Below are positions 18,165 through 21,672 of a stretch of 21,672 bases of DNA, piece by piece. This DNA comes from Oligoflexales bacterium (GTDB lineage Bacteria > Bdellovibrionota_B > Oligoflexia > Oligoflexales > Bog-1112): positions 1 to 21,672 of the forward strand of contig JBGCEP010000064.1 of NCBI GenBank assembly GCA_045106415.1, written 5' to 3'. Position 1 is the stretch's first letter. The number at the start of each line of letters is the position of its first letter. Below the pieces are notes generated by a model. It ran no database searches. It was not told the DNA's origin and saw only the letters and a program-made list of their open reading frames with translations. A program made the translations under genes and the position numbers.

Positions 18165-18898
18165 CCCGCTTAAATCGGGTATTTCATGCACTATGCGCCT
18201 TTAATTCTTTAGGTCAGTAGGTGACAACATTTCTGAGAGAGGTGGCTCCTCCCAAAGTTGATTTAGCCCAAAATCTGAAAATGGCTTTTGATCATAGTAA
18301 TTCCAATATTTTCTGATATGGCATTAGATGATTTTATTTACGCGTTAAGAGTTTTAAAAAGTTGATAAATCCATTTTTAAAGCAATATTTGATATCTATG
18401 GGTGTATAAATAAAGCTTTGCCTTGCTATAGAACCATTATCAAGATCATTCAAGGGCGTATAATTTGGGTAATAATCATTCAGAGCCAAGCTGCTGTAGG
18501 ATCAAGCAAAATAGTATGCATATTCTTAATTTCGGGAAGTTAACAAGCTTTTTTGATAACTTATGAGAAAATATTCCACCTCTACTGTGCCCTACTACCA
18601 CTATATCCCAATTATATTGTTGACCCTTAGGGAAGTCTTTTACGACATCGGATAACTTTTTAATTTAACTACTGTTGGGATGCAGTGTATCCTAGCCAAA
18701 AGCTAATATGAGAGTTTTTAAACTTAGATTTTTCTGCAACCTTTTGCTGTACATCTCGCACCCAAGAGTCTTCAACAATCCCCGAACTATGAATATTAGT
18801 TGTTTGTGCTCCTTAAACCAAGATAAACAATGTAGGTCTTCACTTCCATGTTCCATTGTTAATACATTGCGATAAATGAGGCGATCAACAGAAATCAT
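18165..18898 (-). pseudogene. Fragmented alpha/beta-hydrolase (lipase/esterase-like) pseudogene
   Basis: WDIVVVGHSRGGIFSHKL (GxSxG at 18575-18592), followed after a frameshift by HTILLDPT and later WNYYD; multiple stops and frameshifts. Boundaries are approximate. Confidence 0.6.
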
Positions 18899-19033
18899 CG
18901 AATAATTGAAAAGTAGGAGTCTGATCTATTGGGAGTGTAAATAAATAGGTTTTAGGGCAGCTGATGTAGCCCTCTATAAATAAAAAAGGCATCACTCTCT
19001 TATAGGAGCTACAAAAAGTTTATAAAGCAAAAA

Positions 19034-21427
19034 TTATTCAAACACGTCTTCTACATCATCATCGCTTAAAATACCACCACCTCCCGTTTCACCAGTAATA
19101 TCCTTAGTTGCTGTGATCGTTAAACAACGCATTCCACATTCAGCAACAGTATCGTCACTAGATTTTTTTTGTGATCTTTGAGCATATAAGGTCCAACTCC
19201 ATTCTTTCGACTCAATCTGCTTAAGCCTATTTAATTGAACAGAACACCCTGCATATTCACCGCCATTATCGTCTACGTTTTCAGCTTTAATCTTAGATAG
19301 GCTACAATACGTTAAAAGAGTTCTTTCCTCTTCTGAAATATTCAGATCTAAATTAGAGACTGTAATCTCTGTTTGATCATCATCAATATCCTTCGAGTTA
19401 GAAGAAGTCACCTCATCATGCAAGTGAAACTTATAATCACCACTACCATCAATACCAAAACAAACAGCGCTACATTTCACACCATTATCATCACCACCAT
19501 TTTGCAGTGTTCTTGCTATCAATTTCCACACTGTTTCATTTGCGAAGTTTGGACCTAATGAAACCTCACAGCTAGAGAACTCACCATCATCGTCATCAAT
19601 ATCATTCATCGATGTATGACTTAGTTGACAAAAACGTGTTTTATCACTCTCACGGTCATCTAAATGACCTAGTATCACCTCTTTTTCCTTTTCATTGGCG
19701 TTTTCAATGAGAACCGTTACATGATGCTCATCACCTAAACTCATATGATCAATATATGGCGTAGCATCTTGCGGCCATGTCAAACAAGATGCTTGACATG
19801 CGCTATACCCATCATCCTCTGGATCCACAGCAGTAAATAACCATGATAGACCAGAATCACCTCTCACAGTTTCAGCTGTACACCCACCCCATTCTTTTGA
19901 GTCATCTAAGTTATTCACTCGAAACAAACTTATCCCACAAAAACTTCTCAAAGCAGAGCCCAAAACTTTACTCTTATTCCGAGGACCTGTGTACCCTCTA
20001 TAACTTTCTACACACCCATCACTACGCCCGTCACACACTTGCGCTGGCCCCACAACAGAAAAAATAATATTTTCAGAATCTTCTGGGATAATATTTTCAT
20101 CTTCAGTCGGGGGTGGTGGATTAAATGAAGATGCGTAAGCGGCATTTTCCCGTAGTATATTAACTGCATTTGGCCAAAATTTCTTACCTGCAATACTTTG
20201 GATATAAGTTTTCTCTGATTTGCCAAAGACATAACCTTTCACAGTTATTTCAGGAGATGAAAAATATGGAACTTTTCTATTCCTATTATGGGCATAAGAC
20301 ATAATAGACCCCCAATCACCTTTTTTATCCGATGATTTCTTGTCACCTTTGACAATAGGGTATGTTCCACTGCCGTGAAGGAACTCAAAGTCAATCCCAA
20401 AATTTTCTTTAGTCATATACAAATCGATATTCTTGTTACTCCTGATTTCCACGTCTAAGGAGTGATTTACACCTAAAGAGTGCCCCATTTCATGTGCAAA
20501 AGTAAGCTCCGAAGAACCCTTATGAGATATCGCTAAAAATGGATAAATTTGAGAAAGACCATACGACACTCCAGCCACACCATCTTGTGAAGCTGTCGCC
20601 ATACAAACGAAAAAATCAGCGTAGTTTTCATCAAGATTTTTTCGAAAATCAGAAGTCGGTCCAACACCCTCCTCAAAGAAAAAATCTCCACATTCAAGAA
20701 CACCCCACTCCTGCTTAATTTTGGAAGACTCTATGAGCCCAGCCGCCTCGAGAAAGACAGGAACATTCTGTTTTTGAAAGATTTCGTTTGTCCTCAATAT
20801 TTGGTAATCAGCAATAAGTTCCGGGTCAATTTTCCTTGAATAATCTGCACCATAAACAAAGACTAACCGAATGGTGTAAACCTCTTCATCATCTAAGAGA
20901 TTAAAACTCGGTTTTTGAACCGAGTTTTCATCTCCTTTCGCTAAAACAACTTCATCACCAGGTAACTTTTCATGAAGAATTTCAGTTATTCTATGTTGGC
21001 CTGTTTTAGGAATAGACTCAATCTTATAAGACACATCTTCATGAGTGAAATATCCAAATAAACGTCCATCGTCTTTTACAATGAGTGATATTCTCCTATT
21101 ATCATCGAAAATAAACACCTGCTTCGTTCCACTTTTAGTAGAATCGATTAAATCATTATATGGAATTTTTAAATCTTTTCCTTCAAGGGGTATAACAATA
21201 TCTTCTTTATTCTCTAAACTTTCTTGAACATCAACTCGGACTTTACGAATGTTTTTCGTCCACTCCTCAGGGGTATCAAAGCTATATTGAAGACCTTCAC
21301 TACCTCCTACAGACCCATTTTTTCTTACGTCTTCTTGCTTAGACGTCATAGATAAAGCTTCTTTATTCTTATCTTTTCCTTGATTACAAGATAAGAACAT
21401 AGTTACAAATAATAAAAAAAGTCGCAT
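19034..21427 (-). CDS. Lipoprotein zinc metalloprotease (metzincin, M12B/reprolysin-like) with pro-region and three Cys-rich C-terminal repeats
   Basis: MRLFLLFVTMFLS|C lipobox; TFAHEMGHSLGVNH (HExxHxxGxxH, 20462-20494); Met-turn SIMSY (20294-20308) followed by VPYFSSP; PPPPT linker. Confidence 0.9.
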   Translation of the reverse strand: MRLFLLFVTMFLSCNQGKDKNKEALSMTSKQEDVRKNGSVGGSEGLQYSFDTPEEWTKNIRKVRVDVQESLENKEDIVIPLEGKDLKIPYNDLIDSTKSGTKQVFIFDDNRRISLIVKDDGRLFGYFTHEDVSYKIESIPKTGQHRITEILHEKLPGDEVVLAKGDENSVQKPSFNLLDDEEVYTIRLVFVYGADYSRKIDPELIADYQILRTNEIFQKQNVPVFLEAAGLIESSKIKQEWGVLECGDFFFEEGVGPTSDFRKNLDENYADFFVCMATASQDGVAGVSYGLSQIYPFLAISHKGSSELTFAHEMGHSLGVNHSLDVEIRSNKNIDLYMTKENFGIDFEFLHGSGTYPIVKGDKKSSDKKGDWGSIMSYAHNRNRKVPYFSSPEITVKGYVFGKSEKTYIQSIAGKKFWPNAVNILRENAAYASSFNPPPPTEDENIIPEDSENIIFSVVGPAQVCDGRSDGCVESYRGYTGPRNKSKVLGSALRSFCGISLFRVNNLDDSKEWGGCTAETVRGDSGLSWLFTAVDPEDDGYSACQASCLTWPQDATPYIDHMSLGDEHHVTVLIENANEKEKEVILGHLDDRESDKTRFCQLSHTSMNDIDDDDGEFSSCEVSLGPNFANETVWKLIARTLQNGGDDNGVKCSAVCFGIDGSGDYKFHLHDEVTSSNSKDIDDDQTEITVSNLDLNISEEERTLLTYCSLSKIKAENVDDNGGEYAGCSVQLNRLKQIESKEWSWTLYAQRSQKKSSDDTVAECGMRCLTITATKDITGETGGGGILSDDDVEDVFE
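19118..19948 (-). repeat. Three diverged tandem protein repeats with four conserved Cys each
   Basis: Cores at about 19775-19948, 19457-19636 and 19118-19312. Consensus [FY]C.[LI]S....[NDE][ND][LIV]DD..(.)E[WFY]..C.[AV]...W.[FL].(.)A...C...C[LF]. First Cys residues are 103 and 108 codons apart. Confidence 0.8.
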
Positions 21428-21456
21428 AGCTTCCCCAAGGTCATAGCCAGACTATT

Positions 21457-21483
21457 TATCGGAAAAACCTCAACTTCACTTAA
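21457..21483 (-). promoter_or_regulatory. Putative sigma-28 (FliA)-type promoter
   Basis: Minus strand reads TTAAG-N16-CCGATA(AA) about 29 nt upstream of the protease ATG. Confidence 0.6.
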
Positions 21484-21672
21484 GAATTATCATTAACACA
21501 CGAATATATAAGCATTTTCAAGAGGCATCACACGAATCGGTTCATTAGAACTGTTACCCAAAGTGGTTCATCAAGAAATCTTAATAAGAAATGTTCAAAA
21601 AAAATAAGGGATTGCAAAAAGAAGCCTGAGCAGAGGAAATTGTTTGCGACAAAACAAAACGATAATTTCCAG

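Noticed and set aside
18156..18185. TGAGCTTCCCC... as an IS3-like terminal repeat
   Set aside because: No partner inverted repeat or transposase fragment is nearby; the sequence abuts a terminator and the pseudogene end.
1..21672. CRISPR array, tRNA or rRNA
   Set aside because: By eye I saw no regularly spaced direct repeats and no tRNA or rRNA signatures.

Overview
AT-rich bacterial chromosomal window from a diderm, inferred from lipoproteins and a probable outer-membrane barrel. The sigma-28-like promoters on secreted proteins would fit a Bdellovibrionota/Oligoflexia-like lineage, but that is inference only. Contents from left to right: a lipoprotein gene running off the left edge; a decayed IS3-family (IS2-group) element; an MrfA-like DUF1998 helicase plus YprB/MrfB-like exonuclease; a myo-inositol oxygenase (MIOX) homologue that unusually carries an N-terminal signal peptide; an HI0933/YhiN flavoprotein; an IS630 remnant; a secreted FGE-sulfatase-fold protein; an IS903-like (IS5 family) element with perfect 19-bp ends but a broken transposase; an acyl-CoA-dehydrogenase-fold probable monooxygenase divergent from full-length metH; a three-gene envelope operon (YtkA-like lipoprotein, CxxC-tipped barrel, thioredoxin-fold protein); a shattered alpha/beta-hydrolase pseudogene; and a lipoprotein metzincin protease with three tandem Cys-rich C-terminal modules. 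The best novelty candidates are the exported MIOX, the protease repeat domain, the CxxC/MxxMxH envelope triad, and the matched sigma-28-like promoters ahead of the two terminal lipoprotein genes. I saw no rRNA, tRNA or CRISPR array.
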